Shown here: one piece after another, positions 49,183 through 59,633 of the stretch
Numbering within the stretch: position 1 is the stretch's first letter
Layout: every line of letters starts with the position of its first letter
Source: an uncultured Chloroflexia bacterium
GTDB lineage: Bacteria > Chloroflexota > Anaerolineae > JAAYZQ01
Direction of reading: 5' to 3'
Assembly: GCA_963700285.1 (NCBI GenBank)
Contig: CAVOXA010000001.1
Span: forward strand, 1,632,001 to 1,696,000
DNA: 64,000 nucleotides
Made by a program: the position numbers and the translations under genes
Notes under the pieces: model-generated
Database searches by the model: none
Told to the model about the DNA's origin: nothing
The model's input: only the letters and a program-made list of their open reading frames with translations

Positions 49183-52122
49183 CTAGTCTTCTGCTCTTAG
49201 CGCCTGCCACACTCGCTCCGGTGTAAAGGGAACCTGCCGGATCCAGACTCCCGTCGCGTCGTGGATTGCGTCGGCCATGGCTGGGGCCATGCCATCCATG
49301 GCGATCTCGGAGACCGATTTGGCTCCGAAAGGCCCCGTGGGCTCGTCCGTCTGGACAAAGATGACTTCCGTCTGGGGCATCTCGCTGGACAGATAGGTGT
49401 GGTAGGGGCCGAATCGTGCGTTGACCATCCGGCCCTGCTCGTCGTAGACCATCTCTTCACAGTGGGCAAAGCCCAGGGCTTGCTGGAGCCCGCCCTCCAC
49501 CTGCCCGGAGGCGGTGATGGGGTTGATCACCCGGCCGGCGTCCACCACCATCAACACCCGGTCCACGGTGACCTGTCCCGTTTCAGTGTCTACTGCAAGC
49601 TCGACAAACTGGGCGGCGAATGGCGGCGGGCTGTCGTAGCTTACGTGGGAGGCGCTGGCAATGATCTGGTGCTGGTTCTGCTGGTGCAGACTGCTCAGGG
49701 CTACGGCTTCCAGCGTGAGGGCACGGCCGTCGGGTAGGAAGACCTGCCTGTCCCGTAACTCAAAGCCTTCGATTCCTTCCAGCCCCAGCATCGTGGCTGC
49801 GTGTTCTTTGATCTGGCTGGCTACCTTGTGGGCTGCCTTGCGCACCGCCCCACCGCTGATGTAGGTCGTGCTGGAGGCATAGGCTCCCGTGTCAAAGGGT
49901 GTGAAATCGGTGTCCGAGGAATAGACGATCATGTCCTCCAAAGGCACGCCCAACACCTCAGCCGCCATCTGGCCCAGGATGGTGTCCGAGCCCGTACCCA
50001 GATCGGTAGCGCCGATCAACAGGTTGAACGAGCCGTCGTCGTTCATCTTGATCGTGGCCGCCGCCATGTCGAGGCCAGCGACGCCGCTGCCGTGCAGCGC
50101 GATGGCCATGCCGATGCCACGGCGGATGGGATCGGCAACGGATCCTTGCTCCGGGCCTGGGTTCATCTGACCGCGTTTACCATACCAGTCCATCGCCTCC
50201 AGGCCCACCTGGACGCACTGCTCCAGACCGCTGGAGCGGATGACCTGCGCGAAACCTTCGCGCCCCTCGCCCAGGGCCTTGGCCATCAGAAGTTCCTCGC
50301 CTACCTTGATGACATTCTTGCGCTTAAAGTCGACGACGTCCCATCCAAGCTTGGCTGCAATCTCGGACATCAAGGTCTCGAGGCCAAAGTAGCATTGCAT
50401 GGCGCCATAGCCGCGAAAGGCGCCTGGCGTGGGCTTGTTCGTGTATACGACGTCACAGACAAACTTGGAGAAAGGCGCGTTGTATAGGGTCAGGCCCTTC
50501 TGGCCGCCCACCATCTGTACTGTCAGGCCATGGGTGCCGTAGGCGCAGGTATCTCCGATGAGATCAAGCTCGATGGCGACTACCTCCATCTCGTTGGTGA
50601 CGCCGACCTTGTAGCGCATGATATGAGGATGGCGGCTGCGAGAGCTGGTGAATTCTTGTTCTCGAGAGTATTCCATGCGTACCGGCCGGCCGGTGGCGAG
50701 GGTCAGATGGGAGCAGAGATCCTCCAGGATCATCTCCTGTTTATTGCCAAAGCCCCCTCCAATGCGGGGCTTGATCACCCGGATCTGCTTGACCTGTAGG
50801 CCGATCAGGGGAGCGAGCATGCGCCGCACGTGGAAGGGGACCTGGGTGCTGGTCCGAACCACTAGCCGGTCATCCTCATCCCAGTAGGTGATGCAGACGT
50901 GGGGCTCGACGTGGGCCTGCTGCTGCTGTGAGGTCCGGTACTCCCCCTCAAAGACATGGTCGGCCTTCGCCCACTGGACTTCACCGTCTCCGCCCTCCGC
51001 CTCGATATGCAGGACGATGTTATGCTGGGCATCATAGATGCCCTCAGTGTCGGGCTCGTCGTGGATGACTGGCGCGCCCTCCCGCATGGCTGCCTCCGGG
51101 TCCAGTACGTGGGGCAGCACTTCGTACTCGACTTCGATCAGGCGCAGAGCCCGCTGGGCCAGTGCTGGCGTCTCGGCGGCGACGATCGCCACCCGGTCGC
51201 CTACGTGGCGCACTTTGGTGTCCAGGCTCACCTGGTCGAGGGGGGGCGGATTGGGGTAGCTCTGTCCACCCGTGGCGTACTTGATGCGCGGCACATCCTC
51301 GTGGGTTAGGACAGCGTGAACCCCGTCCAGCGCCCGGGCGCGGCTGGCATCAATTCGCTTAATGCGAGCGTGGGCGTGGGGGCTGGTGAGTAGTTCGCCG
51401 TACAGCATGCCCTCCATCCTGATGTCATCGGCAAAGACGGGTTTCCCGGTGATTAGCTTGACTGAATCCACCTTCTGCTCAGGTTTGCCTACCACCTGGA
51501 GTGATTCCATGTCTGGCGGCGAGATCACCAGGGGGGGGCGAGAGATTGCGTCCTTGGCCGACTCATAGTGCTGCCGGACCGTCTCTGCGGGCGACTCATC
51601 GGGACCCAAGGTGGCATGGGCCGGTTTGACCGGGGCCACTTTTTCGCCCCGCAGCATGGCGGCGGCTCTCTGTACCGCTTGCACAATCTTGACATAACCG
51701 GTACAGCGGCACAGCACACCGCTCATCGCCTCTCGGATCTCTGCCTCCGTGGGGTTGGGGTTGCGGTCCAGCAGCGCTTTGGCAGTCATCAGTTGTCCTG
51801 GCGTACAGTAGCCACACTGGCTCCCGCCAGCCTCGATGAATGCCTGCTGGAGGGGGTGTAGCTGGCCCCCAGATGCCAGGCCTTCCACAGTCAGGACCTC
51901 TCGCCCCTCGGCCCTGGCGGCGGGGAGGGTACAACTGTACACAGGCTGTCCGTCCAGCAGAATGGTGCAGGCGCCGCAGTCACCGGTCTTGCAGCCGTTC
52001 TTTACGCTGAAATAGGAGGCATTTCGTAGCGCGTCGAACAAGGTCTCCCCTCGCTGCACGCTCAGGCTTTTCTTCTCGCCATTGATGGTCAGTACAATCA
52101 CGTTCATCCTGGCACTATTCAT
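49183..52122 (-). CDS. xdhD: Molybdopterin oxidoreductase with fused [2Fe-2S] and Mo-binding subunits (XdhD-like)
   Basis: GCKTGDCGAC, QCGYC..CRCTGY, STQVP, IGGGFGNKQ, GAFRGYG, AYASSTT, GQVEGG and FGAKSVSE. Confidence 0.88.
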   Translation of the reverse strand: MNSARMNVIVLTINGEKKSLSVQRGETLFDALRNASYFSVKNGCKTGDCGACTILLDGQPVYSCTLPAARAEGREVLTVEGLASGGQLHPLQQAFIEAGGSQCGYCTPGQLMTAKALLDRNPNPTEAEIREAMSGVLCRCTGYVKIVQAVQRAAAMLRGEKVAPVKPAHATLGPDESPAETVRQHYESAKDAISRPPLVISPPDMESLQVVGKPEQKVDSVKLITGKPVFADDIRMEGMLYGELLTSPHAHARIKRIDASRARALDGVHAVLTHEDVPRIKYATGGQSYPNPPPLDQVSLDTKVRHVGDRVAIVAAETPALAQRALRLIEVEYEVLPHVLDPEAAMREGAPVIHDEPDTEGIYDAQHNIVLHIEAEGGDGEVQWAKADHVFEGEYRTSQQQQAHVEPHVCITYWDEDDRLVVRTSTQVPFHVRRMLAPLIGLQVKQIRVIKPRIGGGFGNKQEMILEDLCSHLTLATGRPVRMEYSREQEFTSSRSRHPHIMRYKVGVTNEMEVVAIELDLIGDTCAYGTHGLTVQMVGGQKGLTLYNAPFSKFVCDVVYTNKPTPGAFRGYGAMQCYFGLETLMSEIAAKLGWDVVDFKRKNVIKVGEELLMAKALGEGREGFAQVIRSSGLEQCVQVGLEAMDWYGKRGQMNPGPEQGSVADPIRRGIGMAIALHGSGVAGLDMAAATIKMNDDGSFNLLIGATDLGTGSDTILGQMAAEVLGVPLEDMIVYSSDTDFTPFDTGAYASSTTYISGGAVRKAAHKVASQIKEHAATMLGLEGIEGFELRDRQVFLPDGRALTLEAVALSSLHQQNQHQIIASASHVSYDSPPPFAAQFVELAVDTETGQVTVDRVLMVVDAGRVINPITASGQVEGGLQQALGFAHCEEMVYDEQGRMVNARFGPYHTYLSSEMPQTEVIFVQTDEPTGPFGAKSVSEIAMDGMAPAMADAIHDATGVWIRQVPFTPERVWQALRAED

Positions 52123-52798
52123 TCCCCGTCTCCTTCTGCAGGCACTGCTCGAGCGCACGCCGGGTCAGCACAACTGCCATCGCCCGGCGGTACGGCTCGC
52201 CGCCTCGAAAGTCGCCTTCGGGTTCGACCTCGCCCTCTATTTCGGCGGCCACCGCCAGAATCTGCTCTTGGGTCAATGGGCCGCCAATCAGTTTCGCTGG
52301 CGCCTGCGCCAACCCCACCGGCTTGGGCCAGACACCCGTGAGGGCGACCCGAGCCTGGGACACGATCCCATCGGTTGTTTCCACCGCGGCAACCGCGGCA
52401 ACAATGGGCTCGTCGGCCGGGGTACGACCCAGATGGGCCTCACCCCAGCTCAAGCCTGTGATTGGGACGTATAGCCTGGTGATGTTGACGGTCTTCTTGG
52501 CCTCCAGCAGTGCCTCGACGGACCGTTGCTCGAGTCCCTCTTCGCCCTGTGTAGCGGCCGTGGCCCCCAGCGCCAAAAGCGCCGCAGACCAGCGGGGCGC
52601 AATCTTGGGCGATAGCAGCGCACGGTGGATCTGCCTTCGATTCCGCTCCTGCCAGACTAACTCGCCGGTGAGCGTTTGGCGCATCAAGGGTGGGCAGTCC
52701 GGGTCCTCCAGTATCGCTTGGAGCGAAAGCTGGGCATCGACGCTCCACCAGCCGTCGATGCTTCCTGGATCTTTCGAAAGAACTTTATCAGCTTTCAT
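52115..52798 (-). CDS. Xanthine-dehydrogenase medium subunit-like protein (YgfM-like), lacking the N-terminal FAD loop
   Basis: RTPADEPIV, ARVALTGV and EGDFRGGEPYRRAMAVVL; overlaps the xdhD start. Confidence 0.7.
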   Translation of the reverse strand: MKADKVLSKDPGSIDGWWSVDAQLSLQAILEDPDCPPLMRQTLTGELVWQERNRRQIHRALLSPKIAPRWSAALLALGATAATQGEEGLEQRSVEALLEAKKTVNITRLYVPITGLSWGEAHLGRTPADEPIVAAVAAVETTDGIVSQARVALTGVWPKPVGLAQAPAKLIGGPLTQEQILAVAAEIEGEVEPEGDFRGGEPYRRAMAVVLTRRALEQCLQKETGNE

Positions 52799-52895
52799 AC
52801 CGATTGTCTCCTTTGGGGCCTACCGGGGTGCAGAGATTGGCGGATTGCAATGTGCTAAAGCCTGGCTGCTGCCCGTCGGCCTCACTCACAGCATT

Positions 52896-54275
52896 CTAGC
52901 GCGTGACAAGATTGCGTGCGAGCTGATTCTGGCGTTCGATCACGGGTTCCAGATCAAGGGTCAGCAGGTGCCCATCGTCGATGACCACCCGGCCATGGAT
53001 GACGGAAAGCTCCACCTGTTGTGGGTGGCAGAAGAACAGAGCGGCCAGCGGGTCGTGCAGTGCTCCGGCAAAATCCACCGTGTCGAGGCGGAACCCAATC
53101 AAGTCAGCGGCCTTGCCTGGGGCAAGCTGGCCAATATCGTCACGGCCTAGCACCCGCGCGCCTCCTGCCGTCGCCATCCAGAATACTTCCTCTGCCGAGA
53201 GGCCGGCTGGGTTGCCAGATACCCGCTGCAGGAGGAGAGCCATCCTGGCCTCCGCCAGCATGTGCGAGGAGTCGTTACTGGCCGAGCCATCCACGCCCAA
53301 TCCCGTGCGAACTCCCGCGTCCAGGTAGGCCCGCACGGGGGCGATGCCTGAAGCCAGGCGCATGTTCGAACTGGGGCAGTGACAGACGCCGGTGCCTGTC
53401 TGGGCAAAGAGGTTCACTTCCTCCTCGTTCAGGTGCACGCAGTGAACGTGCCAAACGTCCTCTCCAACCCAGCCCAGATCCTCAGCATAGCCCGCCGGGC
53501 GGCGGCCGAACTCTTGCAGGCAGAAAGCCTCCTCGTCCTGCGTCTCTGCCAGGTGGGTATGGAGCTGGACGCCATAGGAGCGTGCCAGCGCTGCGGATTC
53601 TCGCATTAGATCGGGAGTGACCGAGAAAGGCGAACAGGGCGCGACGACGATGCGCAGCATGGCGTTGGGTTCCGGATCGTGATAGGTTTCGATAGCGCGC
53701 TGGGTCTCCCTGAGGATGAAATCCTCGTCTTCAACGACGCGGTCGGGGGGTAGACCCCCTTTGCTCTCGCCCAGGCTCATGGAGCCCCGGCATGGCTGGA
53801 AGCGGACGCCAATATCCTGGGCGGCGCGGATCTCGTCATCAATGCGGCAGCCGTTGGGGTAGACATACAGGTGGTCTGAGGCGGTGGTACAGCCCGACAG
53901 CATCAGTTCGGCTAGGCCAACCAGCGCGCTGGTATAGATGGCTTCTGGTGTCATTCCGGCCCAGATGGGGTACAGGGTTGTGAGCCATTGGAACAAGGTG
54001 GCGTCCTGGGCCGCCGGCACCGCCCTGGTCAGGGTCTGGTAGAGGTGGTGATGGCAGTTCACCAACCCGGGCAGAATGATCATTCCCTGGCCATTGATGA
54101 TTGTATCTGCGTTTTCTGGCAACTCGGCAGTGTGTCCAACCTGCTCGATGACGTTGTCGCGAACAAAGAGACCTCCGTCGGGAATGCGCTGGACCTCGAA
54201 GGGGTTTTCCGAGTCCGCAGTGCTGGTATCCGTAGTCACCAGTAGATCGGCGTGTCTTAGGAGCAGTGTTGACAT
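52896..54275 (-). CDS. 8-oxoguanine deaminase-like amidohydrolase
   Basis: PGLVNCHHHLYQTLTR, LSGCTTASDHLY, RGSMSLGESKGGLPPD, APCSPFSV, HTHLAET and GVDGSASND. Confidence 0.9.
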   Translation of the reverse strand: MSTLLLRHADLLVTTDTSTADSENPFEVQRIPDGGLFVRDNVIEQVGHTAELPENADTIINGQGMIILPGLVNCHHHLYQTLTRAVPAAQDATLFQWLTTLYPIWAGMTPEAIYTSALVGLAELMLSGCTTASDHLYVYPNGCRIDDEIRAAQDIGVRFQPCRGSMSLGESKGGLPPDRVVEDEDFILRETQRAIETYHDPEPNAMLRIVVAPCSPFSVTPDLMRESAALARSYGVQLHTHLAETQDEEAFCLQEFGRRPAGYAEDLGWVGEDVWHVHCVHLNEEEVNLFAQTGTGVCHCPSSNMRLASGIAPVRAYLDAGVRTGLGVDGSASNDSSHMLAEARMALLLQRVSGNPAGLSAEEVFWMATAGGARVLGRDDIGQLAPGKAADLIGFRLDTVDFAGALHDPLAALFFCHPQQVELSVIHGRVVIDDGHLLTLDLEPVIERQNQLARNLVTR

Positions 54276-54277
54276 GA

Positions 54278-54523
54278 TTATCCTCCCCCAACCGGAGGTG
54301 AATAGATCACCTCGTCGCCATCGTGCAGTTCTGCCTGCATTCCGACGTAGGCGCGGTTCACAGATGCGCTGATGAAGCGGGTATAGGCGCGCAGCACCGG
54401 GTACTCTTTTGCCAAAATGCCAATCAGGTCGCCCACGGTCGTCCCCGGTGCGATCTCAACCTCCATCCTGTTGCTTACCAGCGTGCCAGGGGGCACGGCC
54501 AGGAATCGTACACGAACGTGCAT
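54278..54523 (-). CDS. MoaD/ThiS-family sulfur carrier
   Basis: 81 aa; VRVRFLA, SVN..YV and LHDGDEV..SPPVGGG C-terminus. Confidence 0.85.
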   Translation of the reverse strand: MHVRVRFLAVPPGTLVSNRMEVEIAPGTTVGDLIGILAKEYPVLRAYTRFISASVNRAYVGMQAELHDGDEVIYSPPVGGG

Positions 54524-55479
54524 CACCGCTTCTCTTCCCGTATGTACGGCAAGCCGAGAGCCGAGGGTGCGCCGGCGCGCTTGCCTCTCGATTCCCGCCA
54601 GGTGATCAGTATCAATACGAGGATCGTGACGATGTAGGGCAGCATGTTGAGGAATGCAGAGGGGATGGTGGTCCCCATGGCCTGCATGCGAAACTGGATG
54701 GCGTTGATGCCGCCAAACAACAGTGCGCCGATCACCGCCCGCAGCGGATCCCAGGTGGCAAAAATAACCAGGGCAATGGCGATCCATCCCCGGCCGCCCG
54801 TGATGTTGTCGGCCCAACCCTGGAGGTACCCCAGGGAAAGGTGTGCCCCGGCCATGCCCATCAGCATGCCGCCGACAACCGTGTACAGGTAGCGGACGCC
54901 GGTCACATCGATGCCCATCGCGTCTGAGGCTGCGGGGTTTTCGCCGACGGCACGCAGGTGCAGCCCGGGCTGCGTCCTGTACAGCCAGAATGTGAGCAGC
55001 GGCACCAGGAAGTAGAGCATGTAGACCATCAGATCCTGGTTGAAAAGGGCTGGTCCGACCACAGGCAGATTGCTCAGTCCCGGTATCGGGACACGCCCAA
55101 AGGTGGCGCCTTCAAGGCCGACCATGGTTGTACCGCCAGGGCCCAGCCGCTGGCCCATAAAGGCGGCCAAGCCTACGCCAAAGATGGTGAGCGCCAAGCC
55201 GCTGACGACCTGCTCAGCGCGCAGGGTGACGGTCAGGAAGGCGTGAATGAGGGACAAAATGGCGCCAATAAAGATAGCTGCTCCCAAACCCAACCAGGCG
55301 CTGCCGCCATGATAAGATACCGCAAAGGCTGTAGCCGCACCCACCAACATGATGCCCTCTACACCCAGGTTGAGTATGCCCGAGCGCTCGGTAAAGATTT
55401 CGCCCAGCGTGGCGTAGAGAAGCGAGGCACCGGCCCGGATAGTAATGGCCAGGATGGAGACGATCAGCGCTTCAGTCAT
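54523..55479 (-). CDS. Nucleoside ABC transporter permease
   Basis: ERSGILNLGVEG, RAVGENPAA and GRGWIAIALVIF. Confidence 0.92.
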   Translation of the reverse strand: MTEALIVSILAITIRAGASLLYATLGEIFTERSGILNLGVEGIMLVGAATAFAVSYHGGSAWLGLGAAIFIGAILSLIHAFLTVTLRAEQVVSGLALTIFGVGLAAFMGQRLGPGGTTMVGLEGATFGRVPIPGLSNLPVVGPALFNQDLMVYMLYFLVPLLTFWLYRTQPGLHLRAVGENPAASDAMGIDVTGVRYLYTVVGGMLMGMAGAHLSLGYLQGWADNITGGRGWIAIALVIFATWDPLRAVIGALLFGGINAIQFRMQAMGTTIPSAFLNMLPYIVTILVLILITWRESRGKRAGAPSALGLPYIREEKR

Positions 55480-56626
55480 GGCTGCCTCCTGCAGGGGCGG
55501 GTTCTGGAGCCTGGGGCGTGTGGCCGTCGGAAGGCCCCCGAACGGTCTCCCTGTCAGGGCGCATGATCCGGACCCGATAGTTCACGAATATGGAGCCGCC
55601 CAGGACAAAGAACAAGATTGCGCCCTGGAGTATGCCGGCCACAGCGGCTGGCAACCCGAGGGCTATCTGTATCTGGTCGCCGCCGACCTGAAGTGCGGCC
55701 ATTAGAAAGGCCACGACCAGCACCCCCCATGGGTTCAGAGCGGCCAGCCAGGCGACGATAATCGCCGTGTAGCCCGTGCCAACCGTGAGGCCATGGTACA
55801 GCCGGTGTGTGATCCCCGAGACCTCGGCCATACCGGCCAGTCCCGCGAGCCCACCTGACAATAGCATGACCAGGATGATGTTCTTGGCGATGCTCATCCC
55901 GGCGTAGCGTGCGGCCTTGGGATTCTCGCCGATCACGCGGATCTCGTAGCCCCAGCGGGTCCGGTTCAGGATGAACCACACCAGCGCCGCGGCCAGGATG
56001 GCAAAGATGAGACCGATGTGTACGCGGCCTGTCAGCCGCGGGAGCCAGGCAGCGTCCGGAAAGATGGCGCTGCCAGGGAAACCGTAGCCTTCGGGATCGC
56101 GCCATGGTCCGTGGTACAGGTACTCGACCATCAGGATGGCGATATAGTTCATCATCAGAGTGGTCAAGATCTCATTGACGCCGATCCACGCTTTGAGCGC
56201 TGCGGGGATGAGCGCCCACAGCGCGCCGGCCAAAATGGCCAGGATCATCATGACCGGGATGAGTGTAAAGCCAGGTAGATAGTCGCTCAGAAAAAGGGCC
56301 ACGAACGCGGCTGCTATGCCGCCCCAGGCCAACTGCCCTTCAGCCCCGATGTTCCAGAAAAGCATGCGGAAAGCAATGGATACGCCGAGACCCGTTAGCA
56401 TGAGGGGTATGGCCTTGACCAGGGTCTCTGTCAGCGCGTAACCGCTGCCCAACGAGCCCTGCACCATCACTCTGTACGCTTCAAGGGGGTTGATGCCAAA
56501 GGCCAGCAGGATGAGTCCGCCAAAGACGAGGGCCAGGACAAAGGAGAGAATGGGCACCAAAACAGAGGCCTTGCGCGAGTGGCTCAGACGTTTTTCAAAG
56601 AGGACGGTGGGTAGGTACTCTTTCAT
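55472..56626 (-). CDS. Nucleoside ABC transporter permease
   Basis: WNIGAEGQ, VNEILTTLMMNY and GYTAIIVAWLA. Confidence 0.92.
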   Translation of the reverse strand: MKEYLPTVLFEKRLSHSRKASVLVPILSFVLALVFGGLILLAFGINPLEAYRVMVQGSLGSGYALTETLVKAIPLMLTGLGVSIAFRMLFWNIGAEGQLAWGGIAAAFVALFLSDYLPGFTLIPVMMILAILAGALWALIPAALKAWIGVNEILTTLMMNYIAILMVEYLYHGPWRDPEGYGFPGSAIFPDAAWLPRLTGRVHIGLIFAILAAALVWFILNRTRWGYEIRVIGENPKAARYAGMSIAKNIILVMLLSGGLAGLAGMAEVSGITHRLYHGLTVGTGYTAIIVAWLAALNPWGVLVVAFLMAALQVGGDQIQIALGLPAAVAGILQGAILFFVLGGSIFVNYRVRIMRPDRETVRGPSDGHTPQAPEPAPAGGSHD

Positions 56627-58248
56627 GGCCTATCCTCCTCCAGGGGAGCTGTGCCAATGTCGGGCTCTTCTACCTGCGATCTACCCTCTCCGGCCATCAG
56701 CAGGCCCAAGCCCTCGCGTGTCGCCTTGTCGGCGTCTACGATGCCGGCGATCTGTCCCTCATACATCACGGCAATCCGGTCCGATAGGGCCATGATCTCG
56801 TCCAATTCCACCGAGATCAACAGCACAGCCACCCCCTCATCGCGTTTCTCTAGGAGCTGGCTGTGGATATACTCGATGGAGCCCACGTCGACTCCTCTGG
56901 TAGGTTGGGCAGCCATAAGGAGTTTGATGGGCCGCGAAAGCTCGCGGGCGACGATGGCCTTTTGTTGATTGCCGCCAGAGAGCAATCGAGCGGGCGTGTC
57001 AGGCCCAGGCGTGGAAATGTTAAAGGTTTCGATGAGCTTCTCTGAAAACTGGTACAGGGCGCCGCCATCCAAGAGCGGTCCCCGGGCCAGCGGCGGTTCA
57101 CGGTAAGCCTTGAGCCCCAGGTTGTCGGAAACGGGCAGGTTGGGCGCCATGCCTACCCCCAGCCGGTCGCCAGGTATGTGGCTGACGCTGGCTCGGATCA
57201 CCTCCAAAGGGGAATAGCCGGTGATGTCCTGCCCTCCGACCCGGACGCTTCCGGCGGTGGCTGGCCGCAGGCCAGCGATGACCTCGACAAGTTCTCGCTG
57301 ACCATTGCCGGCGACCCCGGCGATACCCAACACCTCTCCCTCGCAGACGCGCAGGGAGACGCCCCGCAGCGCGGGAAGGCCCTTGTCGTTCAGTGCCTCG
57401 AGCTTGTCTACCTCGAGCGCAGCCTCTCCAGGCTCACAGGCTTCCTTGTCCAGGAAAAAGAGGACCTCCCGGCCTACCATTAATTCGGCCAGCTTTGCTT
57501 TGCTTGCCCCCTCTATGCCCAGTGTGGCTGTGACCCGTCCCCCGCGCAGCACCATCACCCGGTCGGCAAAGGCCAACACCTCGTCCAGCTTGTGGGTGAT
57601 AAAGATGACCGATTTGCCCTCGTCGACCATCTGGCGCATCGTGGTCGCCATCTCTTCCGCTTCCTGGGGGGTCAGTACAGCGGTTGGTTCATCCAGGATC
57701 AGGACCTCGGCGCCCCGGTACAGCAGCTTGAGGATCTCGACCCGCTGCTGTTCACCGACAGAGAGTTGCCAGATGTAGGCATCGGGGTCGACGCTTAAGC
57801 CATAGCGCTGGGACAGATCGGCGATCTCTTTGCCTACTTGGTCCAGGTGAAGGACCTTGCTCGCACCCTGCAACCCCAGGATGATGTTCTCGGCCACTGT
57901 CAGCGTCTCCACGAGCATAAAGTGCTGGTGGACCATGCCGATTCCGTGCTCAATGGCGTCGCGTGGCGAGCGAAAGTGGACGAGTTGCCCGTCGACAAAG
58001 AGTTCGCCTTCTTCCGCCTGATACAGCCCCGCCAGGACGTTCATCAGTGTACTCTTGCCGGCGCCGTTCTCTCCCAACAGAGCCAGGACCTCGCCGGGAG
58101 CAAGAACCAGGTCAACTTTTTCATTGGCCAGAACGCCCGGGAATCGCTTGGTGATGCCCTTCATCTGCACCGCATACCGCGGCTGCGCAGCAGACGGCGT
58201 CCCCGTGGCAGAGCCTACCTCTGCGACACGGGCATGCGAACTGTCCAT
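56623..58248 (-). CDS. Nucleoside/purine ABC transporter ATP-binding protein
   Basis: GENGAGKS, HQHFML, DEPTAVLTPQE, LSGGNQQK and QPTRGVD. Confidence 0.93.
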   Translation of the reverse strand: MDSSHARVAEVGSATGTPSAAQPRYAVQMKGITKRFPGVLANEKVDLVLAPGEVLALLGENGAGKSTLMNVLAGLYQAEEGELFVDGQLVHFRSPRDAIEHGIGMVHQHFMLVETLTVAENIILGLQGASKVLHLDQVGKEIADLSQRYGLSVDPDAYIWQLSVGEQQRVEILKLLYRGAEVLILDEPTAVLTPQEAEEMATTMRQMVDEGKSVIFITHKLDEVLAFADRVMVLRGGRVTATLGIEGASKAKLAELMVGREVLFFLDKEACEPGEAALEVDKLEALNDKGLPALRGVSLRVCEGEVLGIAGVAGNGQRELVEVIAGLRPATAGSVRVGGQDITGYSPLEVIRASVSHIPGDRLGVGMAPNLPVSDNLGLKAYREPPLARGPLLDGGALYQFSEKLIETFNISTPGPDTPARLLSGGNQQKAIVARELSRPIKLLMAAQPTRGVDVGSIEYIHSQLLEKRDEGVAVLLISVELDEIMALSDRIAVMYEGQIAGIVDADKATREGLGLLMAGEGRSQVEEPDIGTAPLEEDRP

Positions 58249-58446
58249 CGCTGAACCTCCTTTGGGGGCAGTTACCTACATATCGGAAGATGATTGCTGC
58301 CGACCTCCGCCAAGCGAAGGGGCCTCTCATTCACTCTGCGTTGAGGATGAGCCGGGACAAGGGATGGGCAAACCAACAGGAGCCGCTCTAGCGCATTACG
58401 AGCAAGAGAGTAGGGCGCCTGTCGACGACCGGCGCTAGCTGAGAGT

Positions 58447-58488
58447 CAATGCCTCCCCCGCCGGAATCGTCAGTCAGGGGAGGCATTG
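58447..58488 (-). other. Stem-loop just downstream of the BMP gene
   Basis: CAATGCCTCCCC...GGGGAGGCATTG, a perfect 12-bp inverted repeat. Confidence 0.7.
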
Positions 58489-58499
58489 GTTGTGTTAAT

Positions 58500-59633
58500 C
58501 TACTGTGACGGGATGGTACCCGCCACACCCTCGACGAACCAGTCCATGCCGAGCATAGCGCCGTCTTCCATGCACTCACCTTCAGCCACTTTCTCAGTTC
58601 CATCCTGGCCGTTGATGGGCCCGCAAAAGACGTCCCAGTCGCCGCTCATGATCTTTTCCTTGGCCGCTTCTGCGGTAGCCTTCACATCGTCCGGGACCTT
58701 GGGGCTGTAGGGCGCCAGCTCGACAACGCCGTCAGCCAATCCGCCCCAGAACTCGTGGGTTTCCCAGGAGCCATCCAGTACATCCTCGACGGTGGCCGTA
58801 TAGTATGGGCCCCAATTCCAGATTGGGCTGGTGAGCACTGACTCGCCGACAAACTGGCCCATATCCGAGTCATAGCCAATGCTGAGCAGTCCGCGCTCCT
58901 TGGCTGCCTTCTGGGGCTCAGTGGTGTCCTGGTGTTGGGCGATGATGTCAGCCCCTTCGTCCAGCAGGGCCTCGGCGGCCTCGCGTTCTTTCACCGGGTC
59001 GTACCAGGTGTTGCTCCACACCACGCGCACTTCAGCGTCGGGGTTCACCTCACGTACACCCAAGGTAAAGGCGTTGATGCCGCGGATGACCTCGGGAATT
59101 GGGAAGGCTGCCACGTAGCCGATCAGGTCTGTCTCGGTCATGGATCCGGCCACCAGGCCAGAGAGATAGCGGGGCTGGTAGATCCGGCCAAAGTAGGTGG
59201 CCATATTGTCTGCCGTCTTGAAACCCGAGCAGTGCTCGAACGTGACGTCGGGATTCTCCCCGGCGACGGTCAGCATGGGATCCATGTAGCCAAAGCTCGT
59301 CGCAAAGACGACGTTGGCGCCCTGCTGGACGACGTCACGAATGGCCTTCTCTGCCTCCGGGCCCTCGGGCACATCGGGAACGGTGACGACTTCTACCTTG
59401 TCACCCAACTTTTCCTCCAGCATCTGGCGGCCCCGATCGTGCTCGAATGTCCATCCCAGGTCGCCGGGCTGGCCGATATAGATGTAGGCGACCTTGACCT
59501 TGTCCATTGGCGCGTCAGCCGCAGGTGCGTCAGCCTCAGGCGCAGCTTCCTCCTCGGTAGCCCCACAGGCGCCCAGCACCAAGGCCAGGGTGATAAGGGC
59601 AGCCAACAACAGATACATTCGCTTGGACATCAT
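58500..59633 (-). CDS. BMP-family (purine-binding) ABC substrate-binding lipoprotein
   Basis: Lipobox LGAC; GDLGWTFEHDRGR, ATSFGYMD, PIPEVIRGINAF and TWYDP.KE; start at 59633 by RBS spacing. Confidence 0.93.
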   Translation of the reverse strand: MMSKRMYLLLAALITLALVLGACGATEEEAAPEADAPAADAPMDKVKVAYIYIGQPGDLGWTFEHDRGRQMLEEKLGDKVEVVTVPDVPEGPEAEKAIRDVVQQGANVVFATSFGYMDPMLTVAGENPDVTFEHCSGFKTADNMATYFGRIYQPRYLSGLVAGSMTETDLIGYVAAFPIPEVIRGINAFTLGVREVNPDAEVRVVWSNTWYDPVKEREAAEALLDEGADIIAQHQDTTEPQKAAKERGLLSIGYDSDMGQFVGESVLTSPIWNWGPYYTATVEDVLDGSWETHEFWGGLADGVVELAPYSPKVPDDVKATAEAAKEKIMSGDWDVFCGPINGQDGTEKVAEGECMEDGAMLGMDWFVEGVAGTIPSQ

